Shown: positions 1-7,932 of the stretch, piece by piece
How the letters are laid out: each line of letters begins with the position of its first letter
Numbering within the stretch: position 1 is the first letter of the stretch
NCBI GenBank assembly: GCA_028710985.1
Contig: JAQTTB010000002.1
Coordinates: forward strand, 86,750 to 150,749
DNA length: 64,000 bases
Origin: Patescibacteria group bacterium
Lineage (GTDB): Bacteria; Patescibacteriota; Patescibacteriia; JAHJFT01
Reading direction: 5' to 3'
Notes under the pieces: generated by a model
Databases searched by the model: none
What the model was told of the DNA's origin: nothing
What the model saw: the letters and a program-made list of their open reading frames with translations, nothing else
Program-made: the position numbers and the translations under genes

Positions 1-128
1 AAGCTAGGCTACCAATATCCGTACGATAAGCTTTTAACGGCCACTAATTCTTAATTTTCAGACCCATTGAGTACCATCCGACAAATTATGATTCATAATT
101 CATAATTCCTTATTCATGATTCCTCGTA

Positions 129-704
129 CTAATGCGGCACTAAATACAAAATTTTGGCAGTTTTAATTTCTTCCTGAAGATATTTTTCAAAATCATCCGC
201 GTTGCTGCCGTATATGGCTTCGGTCAATTTTTGCCCCAAAATAAACGGCTTAACCACGTTTTCTTTGTATTCCTCCGCCGTCCAGCCAAAAAGCTTTTTT
301 AAATTCATTTCAAGCTCGTCCTGATCCGTGTCACCGACCGCCCGCTGAAACTCCTTTTCAATTTCATAATCAAAGGCCTTGATCTTCCGTTCCGCGGCCA
401 TCTGCTCCAGCACTTGATTCGCGACCAGCCGCTCGGCCGCGCTTTTGCGTATTTGCCCTTCGGTCATTTCCGAGCCACCCTGTTCCCGGGCAATATTGCG
501 CAGGGTATTCACATTGTCCGCGTACTCGCGATAAAGCACGGGATGGTAATTCACGAACATGGCCGGATACGGCAAGGCACGGGTCATAAAACAATAAAAC
601 GCGTTTGTGCTCCTGAACCCATAAATTCCGATCGCGGTGAGAGCCTTTATCAGAATAATCGCCGCGATCGCGATAATAATAATTTTTTTTGTATCTTTTG
701 TCAT
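129..704 (-). CDS. SurA N-terminal-domain / PrsA-like membrane-anchored foldase
   Basis: N-terminal TM helix, AMFVN..PV motif, 'ERLVANQVLEQMAAERKI' SurA_N-like helices. Confidence 0.65.
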   Translation of the reverse strand: MTKDTKKIIIIAIAAIILIKALTAIGIYGFRSTNAFYCFMTRALPYPAMFVNYHPVLYREYADNVNTLRNIAREQGGSEMTEGQIRKSAAERLVANQVLEQMAAERKIKAFDYEIEKEFQRAVGDTDQDELEMNLKKLFGWTAEEYKENVVKPFILGQKLTEAIYGSNADDFEKYLQEEIKTAKILYLVPH

Positions 705-705
705 T

Positions 706-1119
706 TTATGTCCCTAAAAAATATTCGAGCCAGCGCTGAGGGTTGCTTTTTTCTTTTACCGGCGCATCTCCGTTCGCCGAATCCTGCCCAACGGCGACCG
801 GGACCGCGGTTTCTGCCGACGGCTCGGGCATTACAGCCACCGATTCTCCGGGTTTCATTAGTCCGAGTTTAACCCTTGCCTCCTCCTCCAGATAATCGCT
901 TGTCTTTAATTGTTCGGCAAGCTGAAGAATATCCTGATTCCGCACTTCCAAAGCCGTGGCCTTGTCCTCCAGGCTCTTAATTTCTTTATCTATCTCGTAA
1001 TTGCGCACAAATTCGCGCCCGAAACTAAGCGCCACCAGAAAAAGAATGCAGAGGTTAATCGCAAAAAAAGTTTTTAGTCCCAGAATCTGCCTTAATTTTC
1101 CCTGCCGCGGCTCTCTCAT
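706..1119 (-). CDS. ftsB: septum formation initiator FtsB/DivIC family
   Basis: TM helix + coiled coil + 'YLEEEARVKLGLMKPGE' motif. Confidence 0.8.
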   Translation of the reverse strand: MREPRQGKLRQILGLKTFFAINLCILFLVALSFGREFVRNYEIDKEIKSLEDKATALEVRNQDILQLAEQLKTSDYLEEEARVKLGLMKPGESVAVMPEPSAETAVPVAVGQDSANGDAPVKEKSNPQRWLEYFLGT

Positions 1120-1757
1120 ATATTTTCCTCGTCGCTAAAAAAATCCTTAACCGCTTTTTCTTTTTCCTCGCTTTTAAGTTTCTGCACCAGCGCCTTGATT
1201 TCGCCGATTGTCAGCCGGTCAGTGAACTCTTTGAGCGCGTTTATCTTTTCGTCGCCCGGCGCCTGCGTCCGTGCCTCAAGCTTAAGCTCGTTGATGAGCT
1301 CCTGCAGCACGTGCGGATGGCGCACCTTGCGCACTTCCAAATTCGCGGTTGTGCTAGCCGTCTGTATCAGCACGTTGCCGTAACGTAAAACCGTCTGGCA
1401 GACGCCGTGGATCCGGTATGAAACATCCTGGATGTTTTGGTACGGCGCCACCGAAACCGTACGGTCAAAAAATCCGCGCTGGTCAATGTCAATTACGCGC
1501 TGATCGGTCACTACAAATACATTGTAATACCACTGCACCACCTGCCGCAGGGCGTAAAAGACGCCGAAAACAATCGCCAAGACAAAAATCCCAACGCCCC
1601 ACCAGCCCAGCTCAAAAAGAGGAAACATAAAAAAGAACGGCGCCACCAAAAGCGCGAACGCTATAACCACGCTCGGCCAGTAGGTCAGCGGAAACTGATG
1701 CGCCGCGTAAATTACTTTTTCATCGTCTTTTAAATTTAGTGCTTTTTCCAAACTCAT
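1116..1757 (-). CDS. membrane protein with bacterial PH domain
   Basis: two TMs then 'VVTDQRVIDIDQRGFF...IQDVS...YGNVLIQTA'. Confidence 0.75.
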   Translation of the reverse strand: MSLEKALNLKDDEKVIYAAHQFPLTYWPSVVIAFALLVAPFFFMFPLFELGWWGVGIFVLAIVFGVFYALRQVVQWYYNVFVVTDQRVIDIDQRGFFDRTVSVAPYQNIQDVSYRIHGVCQTVLRYGNVLIQTASTTANLEVRKVRHPHVLQELINELKLEARTQAPGDEKINALKEFTDRLTIGEIKALVQKLKSEEKEKAVKDFFSDEENI

Positions 1758-1762
1758 AACGC

Positions 1763-1846
1763 GTGAATAATGAATTATGAATCAGGAATCAGGAATCGCG
1801 ACTCAACGAGATCCTGATTCATAATTCCTAATTCTTGATTCCTCGT
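1763..1846. repeat. degenerate heptamer repeats (GAATYAD) in inverted arrangement
   Basis: gaataat gaattat gaatcag gaatcag ... ctgattc ataattc ctaattc ttgattc; related tract at 84-126. Confidence 0.7.
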
Positions 1847-3147
1847 TTTTTTAAAATCTGCCTCACGACTTCTCTATCGTCCCACTTTATCTTGCGTCCG
1901 CCTTGCACCACCATGGCCTGCTCGGCTCCCTTGCCGGTAATCAGCACAAAATCTCCGGGCCCGGCAAGACTGATCGCTTTTTCAATTGCCTCCTGGCGAT
2001 CCATGCGCTTGAACAAATTTTCATCCAGAACCTTGCCGCCGGCCATTGCCCCCTCAGTCACGCGGTTGATAATTTCCATGGGATCTTCGTCGTAGGGATC
2101 TTCGTTCGTGACAATTACATAATCCGCGGTTTCGGCGGCCATGCGCCCGAGAATTGGCCGCCGCGCCTTGTCACGGCCGCCGCCGGCCGAACCAAGAACA
2201 TGAATCAGTTTATTCTTTGGAATTGATTTTAAAAGATGATACAGTTCGGCGAGCGAATTCGGTTCGGGCGCGTAGTCAATCATTACCTTGAAATCCTGGC
2301 CCGCGTCAATGTATTCCAGCCGCCCGGGAATTGTTTTGGCCTGCGCGAGCGCGTCCCGCGCGGCCTCGAGCGGCACTCCGAGCCCGGCGGTCACGGCGAT
2401 TGCCGCGAGAGCGTTGTAAATATTGAATCTCGCCGGCAGAGGCATTTCAAAATCCATGCCCTTAAGGGTAAAACGCGAACCCGCCGGCTCAAGCACCGCG
2501 TCCTCGGCGCGGTAGTCGGAAAAATTTTCCATTGAGTAGGTAATCTTTTTATCCGCCAGAAAATCCAGAAAATAACCCGCGTTTTCGTCATCCGCGTTCA
2601 CCGCGATAATTTTCGGGATGACCGCGCCGCCGATTTTCTTGTTCTTGAATCTTGAAACATGCGCGAATAATTTGCCTTTGGCTTTTTTGTAATTTTCAAA
2701 TCCGTGGTGCGCCTCCAGATGCTCGGGCGCGAGATTGGTAAAAACCGCGGCATCGTATTCAACGCCCAGATGCCGGTGCTGGTCCAGCCCCTGGGAGGAG
2801 GTTTCAATCACTGCGTAGACGCAGCCGGCCTTCACCATGTCGCGCAGCATCTTCTGGAGCCGGAAGCGGCCCGGCATGGTCATCTTAGTGTCATTCAGCC
2901 ATTCCTTGTCCCCCACCTTGAAATTAATGGTGGTGGTAAACCCGGTTTTCGCGCCCGCCTGCTCCAGAATCCGGCTAATGAGATTCACGGTTGTTGATTT
3001 GCCGTTCGTGCCGGTCACGCCGATGACGATAAGCTCGCGCGAAGGATTGCGGTAAATCAAGGCCGCGATACGCGCCAAAATCAAATGGTAGACCCCCAGA
3101 ATTGGCCGCGGTATTAATTTTCTTAATGTATTTAACATCTGCTTCAT
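1828..3147 (-). CDS. murE: UDP-MurNAc-tripeptide synthetase MurE
   Basis: GVTGTNGKST P-loop, ETSSQG, FTNL..EH, GSAGGGRD, TNEDP, GKG motifs. Confidence 0.9.
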   Translation of the reverse strand: MKQMLNTLRKLIPRPILGVYHLILARIAALIYRNPSRELIVIGVTGTNGKSTTVNLISRILEQAGAKTGFTTTINFKVGDKEWLNDTKMTMPGRFRLQKMLRDMVKAGCVYAVIETSSQGLDQHRHLGVEYDAAVFTNLAPEHLEAHHGFENYKKAKGKLFAHVSRFKNKKIGGAVIPKIIAVNADDENAGYFLDFLADKKITYSMENFSDYRAEDAVLEPAGSRFTLKGMDFEMPLPARFNIYNALAAIAVTAGLGVPLEAARDALAQAKTIPGRLEYIDAGQDFKVMIDYAPEPNSLAELYHLLKSIPKNKLIHVLGSAGGGRDKARRPILGRMAAETADYVIVTNEDPYDEDPMEIINRVTEGAMAGGKVLDENLFKRMDRQEAIEKAISLAGPGDFVLITGKGAEQAMVVQGGRKIKWDDREVVRQILKKRGIKN

Positions 3148-3168
3148 TTTACCATGATTTGGCCAATA

Positions 3169-3198
3169 TAAAAACCCCCTTTTTGAACGGGGGCTTTT
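3169..3198. terminator. intrinsic terminator-like hairpin after DUF5679 gene
   Basis: aaaaa-ccccc-loop-ggggg-ctttt. Confidence 0.5.
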
Positions 3199-3207
3199 AA
3201 ATATTTC

Positions 3208-3393
3208 TTACTTTTTGGCGCCCATGATCCGGAACATGGTTGTGCCGCATTTCGGGCACTTTCCCTTCATCGCGCGGCGTGTCTTTCCGCCCTTGCCCTT
3301 CATCTCAACTTCCTTCGCTTCCGACATATCCTGCTTGGCTTTGCACTTTACGCAATAGCCCTGGACTTTCTCGACTTTGTCTCCGTTTGCCAT
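3208..3393 (-). CDS. DUF5679-like small zinc-ribbon protein
   Basis: YCVKCK...GKCPKCGTTMFRI. Confidence 0.8.
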   Translation of the reverse strand: MANGDKVEKVQGYCVKCKAKQDMSEAKEVEMKGKGGKTRRAMKGKCPKCGTTMFRIMGAKK

Positions 3394-3470
3394 AGATTTA
3401 GCTAAATTATTAATAATTTCTTAGGGTTAAATTAACTTATACACATTATAGCACAAATAAGCTCAACCGC

Positions 3471-4868
3471 CTATATTTTACGCACAGCCCGGATAAACTG
3501 CTCGCCACGGTCAAATTCATTGCGAAATAAACCAAAGCTCGCGGCCGACGGTGAAAGCAGGATAATCTCACCTTTTTTGGCAAGCTTTTTGGCGAGATTT
3601 ACGGCCGCGTTCATGGAGTCTACCGTGGACTCAATCTCAACCCGGTTTTTTTTGAGTTCGGCGGACATTTTTGGCGTGGCCGTGCCCTGAAGCAGGACGA
3701 CTTTTTTACAATATTTTTTAAGCGCCTTTGCCCATTCCCCGAAGATGAGCTCTTTGTCCGCCCCGCCGGCAATCAGGATGATATTCTTCTGCACCCCGAG
3801 GGTGCGCAGAGCCGCGATTCCGGCATCCGGCGTGGTGGCGGTAGTATCATTATAATATTTGACTCCCCTGATCTCGCGGATGAGCTCCTGCCGGTCCGCC
3901 AGGCCATTGAACGCGCGCAGGGTTTTCCGCACCGCGACGCACGGCACGCCCATTATTTTCGCTACCGCGAGCGCGGCCAGACTGTTATAAAGATTATGTT
4001 CTCCGCGCATTGCCGCGTCTTTTACTGACGCGACATTACGGACGCGCCCGTCCTCTCGGAAAATCATGCGTCCGTTTTTAACCATGGCGCCGTTTTCTTC
4101 AATGAACGGTTTAAGCGAAAACCAGAAACGCCGGCCAATCACCCGCGCGCCAAACTGCCGCGTATATTTATTATCGCGGTTCAGCACTGCGAAATCGCCG
4201 ACATTCTGATGCGCGAGAATCATTGCCTTGGCTTCGCCGTACTCTTTCATGCCGTTATATGTATTCAGATGATCGCGCATCACGTTGGTGATGACCGCGC
4301 CGTGCGGGCTCATCCGCCCTGCGTTGAGATCTTCAAGCATCCATGAAGAAAGTTCAACCACCGCGACATCCCCGGGCCGGAGTTTGTGCAAAAAATTCAA
4401 CGGAGAAATCTTGATATTGCCGCCCAAAAAAACGCGCCTGTATTTGCGCTTCAGCATCTCGTAGATGAGCGACGTGGTCGTGCTCTTGCCGCGCGTTCCG
4501 GTGACCCCGATAATCCGGCACGGGCAATGGCGGAAAAATATGGTCATGTCGGATTCAATGTGCGCGCCGGCTTTTCTCGCCGCCGCAAGGTATTCGGAAC
4601 TGCGCCGCATGCCCGGATTCTTAACCACAATGTCGGCTTCGCGGAAATCCGATATCCGGTGCTTTCCCAAAACAAACTTAATCTTGAGTCCCCGGAGCGA
4701 GCGCACGCTTTTTGCAAGAAGCGCGGCGGACTTCAAATCCGTCACCGTGACCCGCGCGCCGAGTTTGGCAAAAAACCGGGCCGCCGAAATCCCGCTCCCC
4801 TTCTCATACGACCCCAAACCGGCGATCAGGATTTTTTTATTTTTATATTCTGAAAATTGATTATGCAT
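3471..4868 (-). CDS. murD: UDP-MurNAc-L-Ala--D-Glu ligase MurD (start moved to ATG 4868)
   Basis: GVTGTRGKSTT, GGNI, ELSSW, YYNDT.ATTP, LSPSAASFG.F...FDRG. Confidence 0.92.
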   Translation of the reverse strand: MHNQFSEYKNKKILIAGLGSYEKGSGISAARFFAKLGARVTVTDLKSAALLAKSVRSLRGLKIKFVLGKHRISDFREADIVVKNPGMRRSSEYLAAARKAGAHIESDMTIFFRHCPCRIIGVTGTRGKSTTTSLIYEMLKRKYRRVFLGGNIKISPLNFLHKLRPGDVAVVELSSWMLEDLNAGRMSPHGAVITNVMRDHLNTYNGMKEYGEAKAMILAHQNVGDFAVLNRDNKYTRQFGARVIGRRFWFSLKPFIEENGAMVKNGRMIFREDGRVRNVASVKDAAMRGEHNLYNSLAALAVAKIMGVPCVAVRKTLRAFNGLADRQELIREIRGVKYYNDTTATTPDAGIAALRTLGVQKNIILIAGGADKELIFGEWAKALKKYCKKVVLLQGTATPKMSAELKKNRVEIESTVDSMNAAVNLAKKLAKKGEIILLSPSAASFGLFRNEFDRGEQFIRAVRKI

Positions 4869-4910
4869 AATTTGTAATATTACCTGCTCATCTGCGCGGA
4901 CGAACAATAT

Positions 4911-5364
4911 CGTCCTCCCCCTTTGTTCAAAAGGGGGAGACAGGGGGGGGATTTTTTTCTCTAATCCCCTATCGCCTCGGCAATTTTGTTGACAACCTCA
5001 TCTGGGCTTTTTAATACATCGCCGTTTGAAAAACGCAGCACCCTAAGTTTCCAAACATACTCCAGATATTTATTTCTTTCTTCGTCACGTGTTCTCTGCA
5101 ATTTGTCATAATTATGATGACCGCCATCAACTTCAACCACCAACTTCTTAGACGGACAATAAAAATCAACTATATAATTGCCAATCCTTGTTTGACGAAA
5201 AAATTGCGCGCCATAAACTTGTTTGTGGCGCAATCGAATCCAAAGTGTCATTTCCGCTGGCGTCATCGCCTTACGAAGATTGCGCGCCGTGGTTTTTAGT
5301 TTTGAGTTGTAAGTAGGCATAAAATCCCTCCCTGACCCTCCCTTTTGAACAAAGGGAGGGAACG
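4911..5364. mobile_element. DUF559 gene bracketed by ~44-bp imperfect inverted repeats, each with an internal hairpin
   Basis: 4911-4955 is the imperfect reverse complement of 5321-5364. Confidence 0.6.
4961..5320 (-). CDS. DUF559 (Vsr-like) endonuclease
   Basis: ARNLRK.MTPAE..LW..LR, FFRQ..IGNYIVDFYC, VVEVDGGHH, VLRFSN. Confidence 0.9.
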   Translation of the reverse strand: MPTYNSKLKTTARNLRKAMTPAEMTLWIRLRHKQVYGAQFFRQTRIGNYIVDFYCPSKKLVVEVDGGHHNYDKLQRTRDEERNKYLEYVWKLRVLRFSNGDVLKSPDEVVNKIAEAIGD

Positions 5365-5391
5365 TTATATGAATGTCTTAATCAGCTCACC

Positions 5392-5418
5392 GTCATTCCC
5401 GCGAAAGCGGGAATCCAG
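5392..5418. repeat. REP-like palindrome GTCATTCCCGCGAAAGCGGGAATCCAG
   Basis: attcccgc-gaaa-gcgggaat hairpin, intergenic. Confidence 0.7.
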
Positions 5419-5483
5419 CCGCTAAGATTAACCAAGACGCGCCGTATTCAAGCGGATTGATTAACGGATGATTTCAAATAATA

Positions 5484-6086
5484 TTAAATCAGATTAATAT
5501 CAATAAGCAAATCCCTCACTCTTTGAAAAATCTTCTCATGTCCGCGAGCGTTTGGATGCAAGCCATCCTCAAAATCCTCGTGATTCAATAAGCTCTTAAT
5601 CTCCGCATATTTTACCCCCTCTACGCTACAGATATCTTTCAAGGCATTATCATACTTAATAACATTATCATCATCATAAAACAATTCCGCATCCCAGGTC
5701 GTTGGCATGGTCTTTTTCTCATCAACTCCGGCCAACCCCACAATTATTGCCCTGCCCTCAATTTTCTTTGCCTGTTTTATCAATTTAAAAATATTCTTTT
5801 TAAATCTCCGTAGCGGGACTTTTGGATTTTTTTTCGCCACGCGATAATAAGAATCATTGATGCCGACGGCAAAAATAATTATGCCGGGGTCTCGCGTCCT
5901 AGCCTCTCCCTTGAATCTTTTTAAAAGTTTGTCCGTATTGTCTCCCGAAATACCAAGATTATAGACCGAAACATCTTCGTAATTTTTAGCACAAAAAATC
6001 TTCAGTCTCTCCGCCCAGCCGCCCTGTTCATAGTCGCACGCTCCCCAGACGATACTATCGCCAAAAACGCAAATATTTTTATCCAT
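5484..6086 (-). CDS. SGNH/GDSL hydrolase
   Basis: FGDSI, NLGISGD, GINDS, DGLHPN blocks. Confidence 0.9.
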   Translation of the reverse strand: MDKNICVFGDSIVWGACDYEQGGWAERLKIFCAKNYEDVSVYNLGISGDNTDKLLKRFKGEARTRDPGIIIFAVGINDSYYRVAKKNPKVPLRRFKKNIFKLIKQAKKIEGRAIIVGLAGVDEKKTMPTTWDAELFYDDDNVIKYDNALKDICSVEGVKYAEIKSLLNHEDFEDGLHPNARGHEKIFQRVRDLLIDINLI

Positions 6087-6090
6087 ATTT

Positions 6091-6762
6091 TTAAAATTTA
6101 CCAACTAGATGCGCCCACCTCACAATTATCATTGCTTTAAAAATCTCATAATACATTCTAATGTATTCCCTCAGCCCATTCGTAAACCCGACCTTCTGCA
6201 TCTTGCGCCTGATGGTGAGCCCCGGGCACTCGGCCGAACCGTACTTGAGTTTCCTGGACCGGCAGTAATAATTCATGGCGATCTCGGCCATGAATCCGCG
6301 CCGGTACGCGTCCGGAATATCTTCAAAAACCTGGCGCCGCATCGCCCTCTCTCCGCCGATCAGCGGCAGGATTCCGGAAAGCTTCATCAAAAATTTTCCA
6401 CGGTCGCGCAATCCCACGCACATGGCAAGCCGGCCTTGGATAACGGGTTTTAAAATTGCTTCAATATGCGCGTGGCTGAATCCGTACAAATCCGCATCCG
6501 CGAAAAAAATAATCGGCGCATCGGTGTGCGCCACGCCGTGCGCCATTGCCGCGCCTTTTCCGCCCTTGATCGGCAGCTGATGCGAGATCGTAATTCCGGC
6601 GCGGTTGCCGATTTCATGCGTACGATCGGATGACGCGTCGGAAATCAAAATCACCTCGTCAACAAGCGGCGAGGTTTTCAATGTCTCCAGAATCGGTCCG
6701 ATTGTCTCTTCTTCATTAAACGCGGGCACGATTGCCGCGACCCTAGGCTTTTGACCATCCAT
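6091..6762 (-). CDS. glycosyltransferase family 2
   Basis: VPAFNEE, DASSDRT, GKGAAM, FADAD. Confidence 0.9.
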   Translation of the reverse strand: MDGQKPRVAAIVPAFNEEETIGPILETLKTSPLVDEVILISDASSDRTHEIGNRAGITISHQLPIKGGKGAAMAHGVAHTDAPIIFFADADLYGFSHAHIEAILKPVIQGRLAMCVGLRDRGKFLMKLSGILPLIGGERAMRRQVFEDIPDAYRRGFMAEIAMNYYCRSRKLKYGSAECPGLTIRRKMQKVGFTNGLREYIRMYYEIFKAMIIVRWAHLVGKF

Positions 6763-7324
6763 AAATCCTATTTCTTACCAATAAAATAAAGATTATTGAA
6801 ATCAAGGTGAACATTGAATATATAATGAAGACTGCATGAAAACCTAAGAATTGCGCCACATATCCGCCGACAAACGCGGTTATACCCATGGCAAGCGAGG
6901 TAAGCGATCCGTAAATCGCCCAAGTGCGCCCTTCGCTGTATCCGTCGACAAATCTTGTCCAAATCGTGTACCAGCCCGGATAATACAACGCTGCGCCGAT
7001 GCCGTCCACAATCTGCAAAAGAAAATAATGCTCTATACGGTGAATAAAAATATATCCGATCGGCACTAGGCTCATGATAAAAAGACCCAGGACCAGTGTG
7101 ATGAACTCGCGCCGATTGCCGCGTTCGCGGTCATTGAATATGCCGAGCGGAACAATCACCGCGGCCTTCACGAAACAAACAATCATGACGGCGAGTCCGG
7201 CCGCGAATATCGAACCTCCAACGATTTTATCGTTAATAAAAATTGCGATAACCGGCGACACCAGTGTAACGCCGGATAAAAATATCACGTCCGCAATGAT
7301 GAGATATTTTAGAACTTTATTCAT
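6743..7324 (-). CDS. half-size (~6 TM) MFS-like transporter
   Basis: six hydrophobic segments, MFS-like 'LQIVDGIGAA'. Confidence 0.65.
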   Translation of the reverse strand: MNKVLKYLIIADVIFLSGVTLVSPVIAIFINDKIVGGSIFAAGLAVMIVCFVKAAVIVPLGIFNDRERGNRREFITLVLGLFIMSLVPIGYIFIHRIEHYFLLQIVDGIGAALYYPGWYTIWTRFVDGYSEGRTWAIYGSLTSLAMGITAFVGGYVAQFLGFHAVFIIYSMFTLISIIFILLVRNRIYGWSKA

Positions 7325-7325
7325 A

Positions 7326-7895
7326 TCATTTTCTTAAAGAAACTTCGTACATTATTTCTTCGATCTTGCGAAGATTATTTTTGGCCTGATCATACTTGGT
7401 GCGCAGATATCCGGCCAGATCCAACTGTATAAGCTGGCTCATGATTTCCGTAATCGCATCCTTGATCTTCCGGACGTCCTCAAAATTCTTTTCCGTGGCC
7501 TCTCTGACCGCGCGCCTCACCAGCTCGCCAGTAAAATCCGAAAGCCCGCCGATATAAATTTCCGTATCAACCTGGCGGTCGCGAATTTCACAGACGCAAC
7601 CGCTGTGCAAAAATTCGCCAAATAATTTGGCCTCGCAGTATTCCTCAAGCGCGGCGCGCCACGAACCCTCGTGCCGGAGCGCGGGCATACCCTTTGCCTC
7701 GCGATCCAGACGCGCGAAAATTTTCTCCGCCTGTGCCAAATTCTCCTGCGCCGATTTTACGTCATCGCGGTGGTAGGAAAAAATCGCGCGCTTTGACAAA
7801 TTCAGCGCCTCATTTGAATTTCGCACGACAATCCTCCTCTTTGTTTCGTGCATCTCGTGCCCGTGCCTTATTTTAGCGAAAAAAGCTTTATTCAT
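7326..7895 (-). CDS. Translin/TRAX-family protein
   Basis: SKRAIFSYH, EEYCEA, YIGGLSDFTGELVR, LRTKYD motifs; start reassigned to ATG 7895. Confidence 0.8.
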   Translation of the reverse strand: MNKAFFAKIRHGHEMHETKRRIVVRNSNEALNLSKRAIFSYHRDDVKSAQENLAQAEKIFARLDREAKGMPALRHEGSWRAALEEYCEAKLFGEFLHSGCVCEIRDRQVDTEIYIGGLSDFTGELVRRAVREATEKNFEDVRKIKDAITEIMSQLIQLDLAGYLRTKYDQAKNNLRKIEEIMYEVSLRK

Positions 7896-7932
7896 AAGAT
7901 GATTTAGAATTATAGCATTTAAATTAAATTTG

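Noticed and set aside
1-82. Window start: possible + strand CDS tail (KLGYQYPYDKLLTATNS*) or start of a minus-strand RNA
   Set aside because: Too short and truncated to assign.
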